From NCBI GenBank assembly GCA_011109175.1, contig RDEW01000014.1:1245749-1309748 (forward strand): 64,000 nt of DNA. The letters run 5' to 3'. This document shows, piece after piece, positions 12,731-24,398 of the stretch. Under the pieces are notes generated by a model. That model saw only the letters and a list, made by a program, of their open reading frames with translations. It ran no database searches and was not told the DNA's origin. A program made the translations under genes and the position numbers. Numbering within the stretch: position 1 is the stretch's first letter; every line of letters starts with the position of its first letter. The stretch comes from Dicyema japonicum (lineage: Eukaryota > Animalia > Dicyemida).

Positions 12731-14282
12731 TCACATTCGACCCTCTGATGACGTTTTGCATCATGTGCATACATTAGTTTCTCGAGTCCAAAAAAAAGGG
12801 ATCCTCAAAACCTTAGCTAGAGCCCCATAGTCTTCTCCTAGAATTATACAATATATCCTAACGTAACAGAATTACATCCCCCTGTTGAATACACTAAATG
12901 TCACAAAAGTGATGGAACATCTCGCGGACAGACATAATAACTTCTTAAAAATGGCTAGGTCTTCTGGAAGCCCCCTTGAAGAGGACATTTTTGCGTACCA
13001 GGAGAATGCTCGTAAATTGGACATTCGTAAAAAATTCCAGATAAACCCGAAACAGAAGGAGATGCTGAATTTTTAAATTACTTTTATTAATATCAGTCGA
13101 TTGTTGCCCCAGTTTGAATCTGTACATTACCCCCACCTCCATTTATGAGTCTGTGTACGTCCGATTGGAACTTTTTTATTTTATTCAAAAACCAGTGATC
13201 CAGCCACTATCGAAGACCTCATATCTTAGGCATTTGAATATTTATCAATTGATCTTCCATAAATCTTTGAACCTCCATAGTTCGACCTCACTGACATGTA
13301 TAAGACCAGCTACAAGCGTCAACCTGAGAGAGTGTTGTGAGCATCCATAAGTCCCTTGCAATCATTGGCGGTAATAAAAGGATTTGATTGGTAATATCAC
13401 TAAATTGGTCAGGAAAGGTAACCTTAACCAGGATCTCGAACAGATTCGCGATAGGATTCTTATGAAATCTCAATCAAGAGTTTCTTTCAAATCGTCTATT
13501 GGCGGGGGGGATCTTCTCGGGGCCTTCTCACTAATAGAATAAAACAATATTCTTCTCAGTGACTGTGGACACTGTGCTAATAGCATTTATCGCATTAGTT
13601 TTTAGAATTCCCTCCCAATCAAAGCAAACAAAGTGGTAGTTATTAAACCAATATTTCACAAGTTAGCTCAACCCCCCCTCAAACATTACTCAGATAAATG
13701 TGGTAGCGTAATCTGAGAGGCCATTATAACGAGAAGACTATCCGTAAACGTTCATTTATTCAAATAAAACTCAAACAGTCTGCATTCTCTAAGTTTCCTC
13801 AGGAAAGCTAGCATCTCCCGTTAATAGAACTGCTTCAACTGTAGATTTGATGAGTCAATTATTTTATAAAAACAAAACAGCCGATCATTTAGAATTCCAA
13901 ATTCTTTTTTAATATATACTTTTCAAATGAAGGAAACTGGTGGATGACAAGAAGGTAACTACCAAAAGCGAACAGTTCAGCACCCAAGTATGTCTGGTGT
14001 AGAGCAGAAATTAAAAAAGAAACAAGAAATATCAAGTCTTCTAGTCTGCTAAAAAGCAGAGAGGCACGACATCGATTTTGTTTATGTAGTCTAGTAAAGC
14101 CATATCTGTAAAAAGTTGTCCACGTTGATATAAATTGGTTTTAGGAGTGCGAACTTTGTGGGCTTCATGTGGATAATCTGCTTGTGGAGAAAACTGCCCA
14201 TATTTGTAATAAACAAACCCAACCTCTGACCAGTACCAAATGACCGCGAAATAATTTAATTGGTGGTGACTAAAGGACGAAT

Positions 14283-14616
14283 TATTTATTTATTAACCCC
14301 GGATACACCGAGAAAGAAGTTAAAGTAGACAACTAATTAAGTGTATCCAGTTTCCACTTCAACAGAAACAGAGTCCATCCGGAATCAACATAAAGGGTAA
14401 AACGTCCATTACATGCAGTTGTGGAAACCCCTCCAGTGGAGTGGAGAAGAGCAAATGATCCTTTTTCGAGCCGGCCTGGCACTGGGCGTCACCTAGACAG
14501 GTGGATCACATGACGCCACTCTAATAGGAAGAGAGAGGAGGAACAGACAAGCAAGCAGAAAATTTAAACCAATTAACCGAGCAGCACCACACGGCGCCAC
14601 GCAGCAAAATTCCAGA
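14283..14616 (-). mobile_element. ~334-bp SINE-like element with pseudoknot motif and Vingi-like 3' tail (copy 1)
   Basis: Absent from duplication copy B (empty site near 53268); (TAAA)n tail; homologous to 32486-32810. Confidence 0.75.
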
Positions 14617-14837
14617 AATATCAAGGTACCATTCCCAGATATCATTGAAACATTAACTTAGCTCTTCATTAAAACAAGCATAGATTTTCGTTAATTCATA
14701 CAAGTGCTCCACCTCATTAAAGAAATAATAATTAATTTTTTCAATAATTATATTATTTATTGGAAGAAAATCATAAATCTTAATTCATTCAAAATATTAT
14801 GTCTCAAGACAAATTTTTTCTCATAATATGTCACAGG

Positions 14838-15430
14838 CTCTATTGCACACATGTCTAATACGCATTTGAATAATCCTTGGTTTTCTACCCTTACCTTCAA
14901 TGCCAGGGGCCTTAATGACTGGTCGAAGAGCCACCAACTATGTCTGGACCTTGCAAAATATGGATGCTCTGTTTGCTGTCTCCAAGAGACGAAGCTCAGA
15001 AAAGGACTCGATGAAAACCTTGGAGACTACAGACTAATCCTCCTTCCATCGTACTGTAAACACTATGGACAGGGTTTCGCTGTTCACAAGAATTTGCTCC
15101 CCAGATTACATCGATATTGGAAAATTGATGACAGGATATGTGTTATTCAATTTCTTATTGGACCCAAAGGGAAGTCCAGGCAACTAATTTCCATTGTGAA
15201 CGTGTACGCCCCACATAGCGGCCGTTTTGCCAAAAACCCAGAGGAATTGGACGTTTTCTACGAGGAACTTGTCGAGGTCGTATCTTCTCTGAAGTTTTCA
15301 TCGTTCCTCTTTATCGCTGGTGATTGGAATGCTAAAGCTGGGGTACATCAAGGACACGAACGTTTTATTGGACCACATGGAAGGGGAGTCAGGAACCATC
15401 CCGGTACTGCTTTAGCATATTTCTTGAAGC
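14838..15430 (+). mobile_element. RTE-clade LINE 5' fragment (APE)
   Basis: ORF 14851-15435: TFNARGL, CLQETK, NVYAPHSG, AGDWNAK; same family as the ORF at 29649. Confidence 0.85.
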
Positions 15431-15657
15431 GGTAGGATTCTCGGCAGTACTGGAACCTGTGGGATTGGACCGCGGAGATAGGAAAAGACCGGATGGGTTA
15501 ACTATCTTTCCGTTCACTGAGGGAAAATCGCTCGTATGGGACTGCACTGTTGTGGATTCTTTCTCGAACTCGATGATGCTCAGCGCAGTCTGCTGGTTCG
15601 GCAGCCGATCTAGCAGAGAAAATCAAGATTAAAAAATATGGCGAAATTGGAGACCGC
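15424..15657 (+). mobile_element. CRE-clade fragment (RLE region)
   Basis: Near-identical to the reverse complement of 52155-52392 (EPVGLDRGD.KRPDG...WDCTVVD). Confidence 0.85.
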
Positions 15658-16375
15658 AAAACCCCAACTAACTAAACAAGGTAAGAGCCATTAACTAAAG
15701 AGGAAAGCCAAGATTTGGGGTCGTCTATATCGGGGCACTCTCATGAGACACCGTATGTCTTTTCTCCGTAAAAAGCCCTTATTACAATGCGAGTTTCCAC
15801 AAGCAATGTAATAAATCACCGATTCTTCACGTTTTTCTTTCGTATTTTTTTAAGCACTCCCGGGAAATCAAAATATAATTAGATTAATTAAGTTCCCCTT
15901 GTGCCACGTTCAGTATCCTCCCACACATCTTTTTCCATGTTCCCCTGTTCCGGGCCATTGCTCGTAATGAGTCAAGATCTTCACCATTTTGTAGTTTTGT
16001 TTATTTGGATAAGGTCATCATTTAGTACTGAAGGCAACGTCGCTCTAGCCCTGCCACGGAATGATCCCTTCAGTTGTGCGAAATAGTTCTCCATTGCAAT
16101 GTTTGGTGGAGTCAACATATCCATTCGTAAGATGTGACCAAAAAGTCTCCACCTAGCCTTGAGAATCTCCTCTGATAATGGCCTTAAGCCACATCTTTTG
16201 TACAGTTCTGAATTTGATATCTCCTCTGATACATTCTTTCGTATTCGTCATCAATTTCAGATGCTAAATCCAATCCATGTGCGAGTTTAATTGCATACCT
16301 TCTTGTCTTTTCTAATTTAGTTAGTAGGACTGATTCCTCCTCTGTTTTAAACCAACCTTGATATCCATAGCGTTC
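15658..16375 (-). mobile_element. Jockey/I-like LINE 3' end, interrupted by an RTE insertion
   Basis: YGYQGWFK...RRYAIKLAHGLDL matches the 9696 family; 3' stem-loop at 15745-15761. Confidence 0.8.
15847..16233 (-). mobile_element. 5'-truncated RTE copy with 12-bp TSD and poly(A)
   Basis: TTCTTTCGTATT at 15835-15846 and 16234-16245; encodes ISNSELYKRC...RWRLFGHILRMD; absent from duplication copy B. Confidence 0.85.
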
Positions 16376-16480
16376 CACCTGCCATTGTGATTGAGGGTGT
16401 CTTGGTCTACCATGAATCGCTGTTATTTCCCGATCACATAATAATGCTGAAACTTAAGTGTTACAAAACTCTTTTTCAAC
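16372..16480 (-). mobile_element. DDE integrase fragment (Ginger/KRBA2-like)
   Basis: Translates EFCNT*VSALLCDREITAIHGRPRHPQSQWQVER, matching the HGRPRHPQSQG.VER catalytic-E segment. Confidence 0.65.
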
Positions 16481-16738
16481 TCTTTTCACGCTTAATCGCT
16501 TTGTTGACTCAAAATAAAATTCTTTGTTTTTTGAGGGAACAAGGGACCGATTCTTTGGCCTCTTCTATTTTCGACCTTTTCACGCTTAATCGCTTTATTG
16601 ACTCAAAATAAAATTTTTTGTTTTTTGAAGGAACAAGGGACCGATCCTTCGACCTCTTCTATTTTCGACCCTTTTCACGCTTAATTGTTTTGGGCACAAT
16701 GTCGAGACCGATGAAGTTCTTGGTTTCATCATCTAGAG

Positions 16739-18753
16739 CAGGGGTTCCCAAACTTATTCAGGTCATCGCCCCCTTTAACAAACTTTTAAAAAATATCGCC
16801 CACCGGGAAAACCTATATGGTAGCGAGTTGGAAATAAAAAATTTAATAATTAATGTGAACAATGATATTGCAAAATGTAAGACACAAATTTCTCAATATT
16901 TGGCTTCATGTTTGTAAGCCTAATTCGTAGATCTCCTCTTTCAACGATGTCCAAGTGGTTTCTCCTTTTGGTAGCTGTGATACAATACTGAAGCCTCTCT
17001 CAACCAATTAAGAAGTGGGAAAATTAATAAAAAACAATTTTGATTTTTTCAATAACATGATATTTTTCAGGAATAATTTTTTGCAACCAAAAATCTTGAT
17101 ACGACCGGTGTTTAAAAGTGGGTTTAATTTCAAAATCGTTTTTTAACATAATTAGTTGCTCTTGACAACAAGATTCAACGTTATCTACATTCTGAAAGAG
17201 GTCTATTACCCAATCTGGAACTTTGAATTCACATAAATCTTTGAAACGTCCCTTCATATCTTGTTCAAGAGTGATCAAAATTTTCAATATAAATTTCGAT
17301 ATCATCTTCAGAAAAGATGTTTTTAAAACCACTGAGACGTGGAAATTGGATTAATTCCAATATTCCTACAAAATAAAGGTTTCAAAATAAATGCAGAAAT
17401 AAGTGACTGCCTAAATTAATTTAAAAAAATAATACCCTGATTAAATTAATATCAGCAAATTCACGTAAAGTTCATTAAATTTAGCAAAAATATCTAAGTA
17501 AGCCTCATCATGTTTAATCCGGGCCAATTTGAGAGTTTAAAAATTAGAGAAATTGTACAACAGTGCTGAAAAGAAAGAAAATCCGAACCAAACAGTCGCC
17601 CTTTGATAACCACCGTAGTTTGTATTAATAGTCGTATAAAATCTTCATTTTCAATACATAGCTCTCGAGAAAGACGTGAATTTAAAGAGTTGGATTTAAT
17701 TTTGTAAATAGCAGAAATAACTGTATTGAGAGAGTCACGTAGACGACCATTTGTATTTTTAGCAACCAGATGCTGTCGATGGATCACACAATGAATAGTC
17801 ATTACATTTGATGTTTAAGTATGACATAAAACCGCGATAGCGACCAATCATTGAAGATCAGTTGCACATGCAACTATAAAGGTATATCTTTAGGACAGAG
17901 AAATACATGGACTTTGTCAAACATTGATTCCCCTTTATATCAGTTTTAAGCTTTCGAGCAAAAAGTAATTCATAATTCGACCATCCTTGACAAAACGTAC
18001 ATATGCAAGCAATAATGAGTCATTTCCAATAAGTATTGACTCATCTATTGTAGACTGAATTCCGTATTTTTAAGTATTAAACAAAGATCGTTTTCCACAT
18101 CGAAAGCCATATCATATCTCTGTATCGTATTGTTGATAAGCGAAATCGACTTAATATGGGAAGGTTGGTGTATTACTGTTTTCAGTACTCATGAATTGAT
18201 GGTATTATCAGTACCTCCCCAATTGTGTGCGGTTTTCACGACTTGGCGATAAGTAAAGCGATGTTATGTGATGCAACAACGCTATCATCACTACGAATAT
18301 TTACTCCAGGCTCCGTTGACTTTTTCGTTTCCTTCGAAACTTTTGGAAAAACGTCCTGGTTATTTGGACGGAACTATATTTTAATAAAAAATAAGAACCT
18401 TTCGTAAATGCTGACTTAATCTAGAAGGCTTCATACCCTCGTTAGAAAATGACTTTGAGAATAATAAACAGAAATGTAGTCTTTTATCATTAGGAGATGC
18501 GATGAAACCATATTTTAAATATTGAATATTATATTGACGAATTTTTTTATTTAGTGTCTCCATTGTTAAATATACAAATACACTGCAAATCACGCTTGTG
18601 TCAATTTAAAATTACAGGTTCACCATACTGAAATTCTATAATATTAATTAAATGTGTGATATAAAGTTTACGGATAATTTATTATCGTCCACTTGAAATT
18701 AAAATTCCCTTGATAAACGATTTATTCATAAACGCCCCCTTTGGGAAACCCTG
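16739..18753 (-). mobile_element. hAT (Buster/ZBED5-like) DNA transposon with degenerate transposase
   Basis: TIRs CAGGGGTTCCCAAA (16739) and TTTGGGAAACCCTG (to 18753). BED finger RQYNIQYLKYGF...MKPSRLSQHL; HCVIHRQHL; dimerisation-domain remnants. Flanking 8-mers do not match. Confidence 0.9.
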
Positions 18754-18813
18754 ATGAGAAATGACGAGTCTTGGGTTGTCGTACCGATTTTTTATGTATA
18801 AAGATCCGTCTAA

Positions 18814-19190
18814 TACAGTCCTACCCCGTTTCGGGGCACACCCCGGCGGTGGGGCACCCCCGCTTTATTTGAATACACTAAAATCTTCAACATCTAAATT
18901 TTTGAAACAGCGAGGTTTATTATATTTCCCAATGATCAATGGTTCAAGATTTTCACCCTTATAATTGCATAGAAGTTCTGTAATTCTTTCTTTGAATTGT
19001 TTGTATGGTTGATCATCAACAAATGACTTTCATGGTGTCATTTTGTATAAAGTGATGTTTCATCACAATTGAACACATTTCCTCTTCCATATTCAATTAT
19101 TTTCTTATCAAATTAAAATAGGCAATCATGTGGGATTAATCGCAGGAATATTTTCGCTGCATATTGTTTTAAATAACATTAAGTAGATCA
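18814..19190 (-). mobile_element. pogo/Tigger-like transposase fragment with one TA-flanked TIR
   Basis: TA|CAGTCCTACCCC at 18814; minus strand KERITELLCNYKGENLEPLIIGKYNKPRCFKN. Confidence 0.65.
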
Positions 19191-19269
19191 CTTATTAAGA
19201 ATGTCTTTAACATATTTATTAGAATAAACACGTGATTAGTTATATGTAAACCCTCTACATGAAAAGTAA

Positions 19270-20165
19270 TCAACATCTTCCATGGCCTCTACTTTGAATA
19301 TTCTTAGCTCTCTTAGACTGTCTAATTGACTTGTTACTCTCCTCCACTCTTTTCCTCTCAGTCCACATCTTTAAAGACTTTTGTTTTCGTTTCTGCTTAA
19401 TCTTCAGTTTCTTCTTCAACAAATCCACGCTCGGCATTGGTTTCTCTCCAGAAGCCATCAATATCGAGTCCCTCCATCTGTCATCATCTTCCATTTTATT
19501 AGCAGCCTCTTCATCACCCTTTTCCCTAGTTCTCTTGACTTTATGCGTTCGAGAGATGGCCTTTATTATCACTCACCCACAAACCTTCCTCAGCTTAGTT
19601 TCTGTCCTCACTTTTCCCAATGTTTTAGAATTTCTTTTCAAATCATTTACGGTCTCTGGTTTCGCCTCCTCTTCCACACCATCCTTACGTACTGGTTCTT
19701 CCATATCTTTAACCTGTCTCCTCTTCTTTACAATCCTCGTCTTTCCAAACTCTAAAATAAGCCAAGGGTCACTTTTATCATTAAGAAAGTTGTCCCTCAG
19801 TTTATCGACAAAGTTAGGGTTTATTAGTGTAGGTTTTGGTCCTCCAGTATAAAACCGAAGGTATTTGCTTGTTGATTTGTTGTTATTTAAGTCATATTTA
19901 CAGATTCTATTAAAATTATTCATAAATTTATGTTTGTATTTCTCTATAAATGAAAAGTGATTATTACCGTTAATAAAACACAGTTTATCAATTTCAAGGG
20001 GAAATAAAACATCTTTGGTTAATTTTTTGTAATCTTGGAGATTGAAGTAGTAGTTTGGTGAAATAGTGTCGATTAAATGATTAACCTCGTGCAGATCCCG
20101 TTGAATATCCAAGCATTTGATGACATTCTTAAAGTAATTAACAAAGATACATCAAAGTCTGACAT
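19270..20165 (-). CDS. SURF6: Surfeit locus protein 6 (nucleolar, Rrp14-like)
   Basis: ATG at 20165; introns 20128-20150 (23 nt) and 19561-19584 (24 nt) restore the frame. N-terminal LIDTISPNYYF; C-terminal W...A.GEK....LLKKKLKIKQKRKQKSLKMWTER...RQSKRAKN. Confidence 0.85.
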
Positions 20166-20719
20166 GCGACTTTATATTTAATTTAAATTATTTTAAAGAA
20201 TATTAATAAATATTATTAATTTCTTGTTATGAACATTTTTGTTATCATTGATCATATATATTTCCTTCGTACCTACGAATAAACTCAATAGAGAAAACAA
20301 TAAAACAGGTCCAGTGGTGTTTAACATATAGCAAATTGATACAAGACTCTTGAATTCGGTTTCTCAATAGGAGAGTTGAGAATCGAGGGGCACGCCCATG
20401 TAATTATGATCAGTATTATATATGCTTATTTAGGTTCTAGAGAGGAACATTTGGTCAAAAATAGGAAGGAACTTGCTTTGGTTTTACTGTCGTCTTTTAT
20501 TTTATCATATCCCATCCTTTCGTCATATTTATTATAGCTTTTCAAAGTTGTCTCCATCCTATTGACTTTATGAGGTGGGGGTTGTTTTTTATATAAGACG
20601 TTTCTCAGTATTCAGGAATGTTCTGTTGAGGCTAGTATCCTCAGTTGGTCTCTTTTGAAAAAGTTGATTTTCACAGAATTCATAATTATGTAAAGACAAG
20701 TATTGTACTGGATTTATCA

Positions 20720-21200
20720 ATTAAATAACCCTGGCCTCACTAACTTAGAAGACCAATGCATATTAAATAGGACACAGTAAATGCCTGTCTTTCCCATAGA
20801 TTGGAGACTTGCATGGTAGACCAACAGTGTATTAGTCCAGGACATTCAAAAAGGTTATTTGTTGTCTTTCGGAGAGGTTACAAAATGAACAGAGGATATC
20901 TTTTACATCATCCAGTTTACGTGCATCGGTAGAGAGGGGGTGGTGCCCAAATCGTAGACAAGTCATGTTTACCCGGATGTCCCTCGGAAGAGAGCTGATT
21001 AGTCGATTGGAGGAGGGGTCAATGTAGTATTTTATTATAATCGAGTCTTTGGATAATTCTCGTAATAAACAAAATCGTGTATCTGTATCAAACGACCCCG
21101 GTCATTGGGGATGGAAGGGATAGGGGATAGCAAACAAGTCACGGGATGTCACAATAATTTGGTATTTCATTAAACCACTCGACTAGTCGATCTATGTGGT
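20720..21200 (-). mobile_element. Ingi/Vingi-like LINE 3' fragment with C-terminal Cys/His finger
   Basis: RFGHHPSL...LCSFCNL...NLFEC...NLWER; homologous to 46600-47060. Confidence 0.7.
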
Positions 21201-21269
21201 GTTGTATTTTTTCCTTCACTGTTTGGGTGTTCTGATCCCGTGAGGCTAAGACGATATCGTCTGCATAAG

Positions 21270-21860
21270 ACATAATTTTTTTTAATAACCCCGGGAACAC
21301 CCAGAAAGAAAGACAAAAGAGTCAAACAGTTAGGTGATCCCAGTCCTCGCAATCAATTGTGCCATTCGACGTCTGTGATCTTCCATTGTCCCCACTACTT
21401 TCCGGAAGAGCCTTCTCTCGGTCTTGCAGAGGAATCCGATCGGGGAGGGGAATTTCTTATCCAATCGGTTTTCTCTTGCCATGGAAAGGATCAGGCGAAG
21501 CGGGTTTCCATCTTCCTCACAGACGCGAAGAAATTCTGAGCCACGACTACGGATCTTAGCTTCCATGAGTAGTGGGTCGACTGTTGATCCATTACGTGGG
21601 CAAAGCATACTGATTGTTTTCTGGTGTATTGAGTTGATTCTTTGGACCATAGACTCCGATAGCACGAATCTCCATGCAACGGAGGCACACTCAACGGCTG
21701 GCGCGATTGTTTGTTGGTATAGGGAGGAAACAGAAAAATCCATGTTCCTCGGGGTCCTCCGGAGAAGGGCGCATAAAACGTTAATTTTCTGAAGGCCCCT
21801 GGTAATCATGTCTTTTACATGGGAGTTGAAATTGAGTAGACTGTCGTACTTGACTCCAAG
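21270..21860 (-). mobile_element. 'GIT*'-family LINE 3' fragment
   Basis: VLGVKYD...TIAPAVECASVAW...ARTGIT* followed by a GGGGTTA-A tail. Confidence 0.8.
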
Positions 21861-21864
21861 GACA

Positions 21865-22976
21865 GTGGGATTATTATTATTATTTAAGCCAAAGAAACAC
21901 CGTCTTAACCAATAACTAATATTCAGGTGATCCCGGCATCTCTCAATAATCGGGCCATTTTTTCTCGATGCTCCGACTGTGATCCCACGCATTTTCTATA
22001 CGGACGGGGGTCTTTTTCCTTTTCTCTTCTGAAATTGCCTCCATTTGCCTCTATGATAGACTCGAGTGCTCTGGGGGCAATTTCTTTATCTGTATATTTT
22101 TCTAGTAACTTTTTTGCTCTTGACTGGATATCTTGAATTTTTGTTAGGTTCGTTGCCGACAGGTTAGATCCCCATGCAGCACATGCATAGCCTATTGTTG
22201 GCTCGACATACTGCTTGTAGAGGGTCCCGATACCTGGCGGATAAATTCCTCCACAGTTCCAAAGGAAGGCCTTTACAAAATTGATCTTCTTTGCACAGGT
22301 TGATATGATAGATTCCACATGGGCTGAGAAGCAGAGGAAAGTATCAAAAGTTACTCCCAGTATCTTCTGCGTTTTCTTTTGTGGTATAGGTACTCCATTT
22401 AACGTGACATCAATTGTTTGCGTTCCCATCTTTCTATTCTTAGTAAATAGAGTGACTGCTGACTTTTCGGAACATGCATTTAATCGATTCTCGCACAACC
22501 ATCCAAATATGTTATTTAGTATTCCTTGTAGTCTTTCCTTAGCATGTTCGACGTTTACGTCTCTAGATGCGACAACTATGTCATCGGCATAGGAAAGTAG
22601 TATGTCATTGTTATTCATAGGTACGGGGAGATCACTCAAAAACAAATTAAAAAGGATTGGTGACAGAAGGAGATCCTTGGGGTACACCATTGGGTAATAA
22701 TCCCGATCTGGAACTCTTGTTTCCGACGGATACTTTCCCTCGGCGTCCACTTACGAAATTTGCTAACCATAACTTTAATGGTGCATCAATTTTTGTCAAA
22801 AATATTTTTCGTATGAGGATCTTCCTTGGGACAGAGTCGAAAGCTTTTTGAATATCGATCTTACATATGACCGATTTTTCCTGTTTTGGCTTGTTCTTGT
22901 GTCCTTCAGTTATGAACTTCATTAATGTTGTTAGGATAAGCCAGAAATAATAAAAGAACAAAGAAAACCTATTCAA
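21865..22976 (-). mobile_element. 'GIT*'-family LINE, RT-containing 3' half
   Basis: IDIQKAFDSV, GVPQGSP, YADD, ILGVTFD, ends RDAGIT*; (TAA)n tail near 21870. Confidence 0.85.
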
Positions 22977-23039
22977 TTATTAATATTTTAATTACTAATT
23001 AATTTAATTGTTCAAAATATAAATTCTAAATGTTTATTG

Positions 23040-24328
23040 ATGTTGGTTCATCAAAATTTTGAAAATAATACTGATTCGGGAGTCACAAAAAGGTCAGTCG
23101 TTATTAAAATAATAAAGTGATTTCTCATATTTTACATACTTGACTGGCAATCAATCAGATTTTGATGTCAAAAATTGTGCCAAAGCCTGTAAGTGGTCCT
23201 TCGACGGTACTAAACTGTTGGTCTCATCCGACGATGCCTGCCTTCGACTGTATAATTTCGAGGACTGTTTTGAAAAAAGAATTTTCAAGCCCACCATAGT
23301 AATTGATTAAACTTTTTCAGATGGGAACCATCGTGGCTTCTCATTCGCATATTATTTATGACTTTTCATGGACTGAAACTGACATTATCGACAAACAGCT
23401 GTAAAATATCTTACTTATTACTGGTTCCTTTATTCAGGAAATGGACAGCCTCTCCATATCATGGACGCTAACACTTTTTCCTACGTTGGTTCTTACATCT
23501 ATAAAACTGATCTGGTTAATCTCTGTGCTTAATTTTCAGGGTAACGTGAAAAGTCCGTACAGCTGTACCTTTTCGATGAATTCTGAGTTTGTCCTCGCTG
23601 GTTTTTGTGGAAGAATTTTGGTTTATGACACTGAGAGGCCTGGCTGTGACTTTATCGTCAATATTAGTACTAATTGTACTATCATTTTGTAATCCTAAAG
23701 ATAATGACGGAGTCTCTCACTTAAATGGGATCATTTCTACCATATCACCGAATCCTGTTCAGAATTACCTCCTTGCTGGGGGTTGTTATGACGGAACAGG
23801 TCTTTTGTGGAGTTATTTTAGTGGGTTTGTTCAACATGAGATTGAAGAGACCCTTGCTAGCCGTGTTTAAGGGACATATGGAAGGAGTAACTCATGTAAT
23901 GTTTTCGAATGATGGGATCCGTTTATTTAGTGGAGACCGAAAGGTTTTGATGGGAGATGACTTTTCAGGGATCAGAAATTGTGTGCTGGGATCTGAGGAT
24001 GACTGGGAAGGTCGTGGGAGCATATAGGAGGGTTCAATCTACTAGTCAGAGGGTTTATTTTGACATGTAGCACGTTTGTGATCAATTTAAGATATGATGA
24101 TTGTCTCCTGTCTGGTGATGACTATGGAAGGGTTGTAATGTGGGGGAGTGATGGAACAGAGAGTAGTCAAATAGTGCACGAGGATGTTGTTAGTGGATTG
24201 AGGTAGTAATTAATAGTAATGCTAGTGTTAATAAAGTATATAAGGTTATGGCCACGTGCTCTGGAAGTAGACACCTTTGTAGTACTAAAGGTGATAATTC
24301 TGTACGTATATGGAAAATAAATTTATAA
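23040..24328 (+). CDS. WRAP53: Telomerase Cajal body protein 1 (WD40)
   Basis: After removing micro-introns (e.g. 23093-23117, 23944-23968): ACKWSFDG, VYDTERPG, GIIST, GHMEGVTHVMFS.DG..LFSGDRK, CWDLR, TSQRVYFD, ATCSGSR. Confidence 0.9.
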
Positions 24329-24398
24329 TATCATTAAATTGTGTTTATGTTTTATTTTCAAATAATATAATTTGACAAAACTAATTTGTTAATTATTG

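Larger units (their letters stand above)
10871..16290 (-). repeat. Inverted segmental duplication, copy A (TE-fragment mosaic)
   Basis: Reverse complement aligns by eye with 51643-56576; near-identical small ORFs (e.g. MRFHKNPIANL, MNTLNVTKVMEHL) occur in both copies on opposite strands. Confidence 0.9.

Noticed and set aside
12745-12770. CTGATGA hammerhead-like cores (also 28437 and ~42890 minus)
   Set aside because: No stem II closing onto a GAAA; core incomplete.
11420-14280. Small ORFs in the duplicated segment as a possible novel or viral gene cluster
   Set aside because: Frame-hopping gives LINE linker and RT remnants (IQGVDP, YQSIVAPV); no viral motif and no conserved long ORF.
19331-19852. 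Long antisense ORFs (also 31436-32005, 52093-52707)
   Set aside because: Shadow frames of real coding sequence on the opposite strand.
20229-20700. Possible small membrane-protein gene divergent from SURF6
   Set aside because: GT-AG micro-intron candidates exist, but I could not build a consistent ORF or recognise a family.
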